Virus record (IMG/VR): IMGVR_UViG_3300005663_000044
Span: 6,833-70,832 of that record
Origin: a virus
DNA: 64,000 bases
Reading direction: 5' to 3' (one strand)
Under the pieces are notes generated by a model that made no database searches, had not been told where the DNA came from, and saw only the letters and a list, made by a program, of their open reading frames with translations. Below, one piece after another: positions 63,134-64,000 of the stretch. A program made the position numbers and the translations under genes. Position 1 is the stretch's first letter, and every line of letters begins with the position of its first letter.

Positions 63134-63427
63134 CTACTGATACACCTCCTGGTCAGGGTACTGAATCGACAGCATGGGCTTAGTTTGGGGGCTCTCTATC
63201 ACCGGGACTTGTCCTCGAAGTACTGAGATACAGAGCTGAAGGCGGGGCCAAAATCTGCAGGGAACCTGTGTCCCCGACTGAAACACACAGTTCTGTAGGA
63301 GAAACAGCGGGGCTACTACTGGTCGCCCCAGTAGCACACGTATCCGGTTGCGTAGTCCCTGAATGGGGACTCCCGACACGTTAATGGTAAGCGGTGCCGT
63401 AATTGTCTTCCCGATCAGCTTGGTCAT
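63134..63427 (-). CDS. hypothetical protein
   Basis: GAGGT RBS. Confidence 0.45.
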   Translation of the reverse strand: MTKLIGKTITAPLTINVSGVPIQGLRNRIRVLLGRPVVAPLFLLQNCVFQSGTQVPCRFWPRLQLCISVLRGQVPVIESPQTKPMLSIQYPDQEVYQ

Positions 63428-63461
63428 TGATGTACCTCTTTCTGACTCTCAATTCCGAAGT

Positions 63462-63545
63462 CTAGCTCTTTAACCCTCGATGGCAGTTTGCACAAAGTAT
63501 AACGCACTTTTCAATTTCTTGTAACACCCGTTCCCAGAATCTCAC
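63462..63545 (-). pseudogene. C-terminal relic of an HNH endonuclease
   Basis: Reads MRFWERVLQEIEKCVILCANCHRGLKS*, the typical HNH tail, with no N-terminal part in frame. Confidence 0.65.
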
Positions 63546-64000
63546 GGGCTGTCAAGTGTAGATTTCACCGACTCTGCACCGTAATCCAGAGCGATTTCAG
63601 TGGCGTTGTCAAGAGCCTCCCGTACCTCGTCTCGGGTGGCCGAGTCGGGGTCTTTCCCTTCAGGTAGTTGAGCAATCTCTACGTTTATCATAGCGTAAGC
63701 TAGTTCACGGGCCTCCTTAATAGCTCCCTCTCGACCCGCATCGTCTCCATCCCTCAGTAGTATAACGCTCTCAGGCCGCAGACGTTTCACCAGGTTACGC
63801 TGGAGCTCTGTGGTATGAACCCCCAGAGTAGCCACCGTTTCCCGGTAACCATGTTCCCACATACGGATGGTATCGAAGACACCTTCAACTAAGATGAGTT
63901 TCTTCCAGTAGGCTCGGTCGGTCACAAGCTGGTCGTAACCGAACAGTGCCCGAGACGCTTGACTACCAGGAGGCATCAGCACCTTTTTCTTCTCCTCGGG
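63542..64000 (-). CDS. dnaG: DNA primase (TOPRIM domain), 5'-truncated by the window edge
   Basis: LFG, LVEGVFD, VATLG, DGDDAG and LPEGKDP. Confidence 0.9.
   Translation of the reverse strand, partial: PEEKKKVLMPPGSQASRALFGYDQLVTDRAYWKKLILVEGVFDTIRMWEHGYRETVATLGVHTTELQRNLVKRLRPESVILLRDGDDAGREGAIKEARELAYAMINVEIAQLPEGKDPDSATRDEVREALDNATEIALDYGAESVKSTLDSP

Noticed and set aside
1-64000. Diversity-generating retroelement, prophage integration module or stop-codon reassignment
   Set aside because: No reverse transcriptase, template/variable repeat pair or integrase seen; long genes read intact in the standard code.

Overview
The window is a large part of a dsDNA tailed phage genome, probably a podovirus: no tape-measure or tail-tube gene is visible, but there are large internal-virion proteins. 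It has three transcription blocks. (1) 1-13.1 kb, minus strand: many small early/host-takeover ORFs (ArdA-like, OGG2-like glycosylase, candidate SAM lyase, lipoprotein, dual-specificity phosphatase), interrupted by a non-coding control/terminus-like region at 11.37-12.25 kb. (2) 13.2-43.4 kb, plus strand: terminase, portal, a 1951-aa polyvalent ejection protein, scaffold, major capsid, adaptors, nozzle, LamG tail fibre and HNH inserts. (3) 43.6-64 kb, minus strand: holin/amidase, a nucleotide-metabolism cluster, UDG-fused PolA, RuvC, split SbcCD, RecA, SSB and primase. No integrase, reverse transcriptase or CRISPR array was seen. The most unusual signals are non-coding. Three back-to-back long-range inverted repeats (9770-11365) each bracket one or two early genes; two of them compete with local RBS-blocking hairpins, and the third may pair with a distal RBS. 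A 73-nt RNA looks like only the tRNA-like domain of tmRNA (6706-6778). There is also a phased GTGAGNCAC palindrome array (11605-11797), a stand-alone ~170-nt ncRNA (13222-13391) and an HNH fused to an apparently inactive second PolA (49475-51199). All assignments come from reading motifs by eye; no searches were run.
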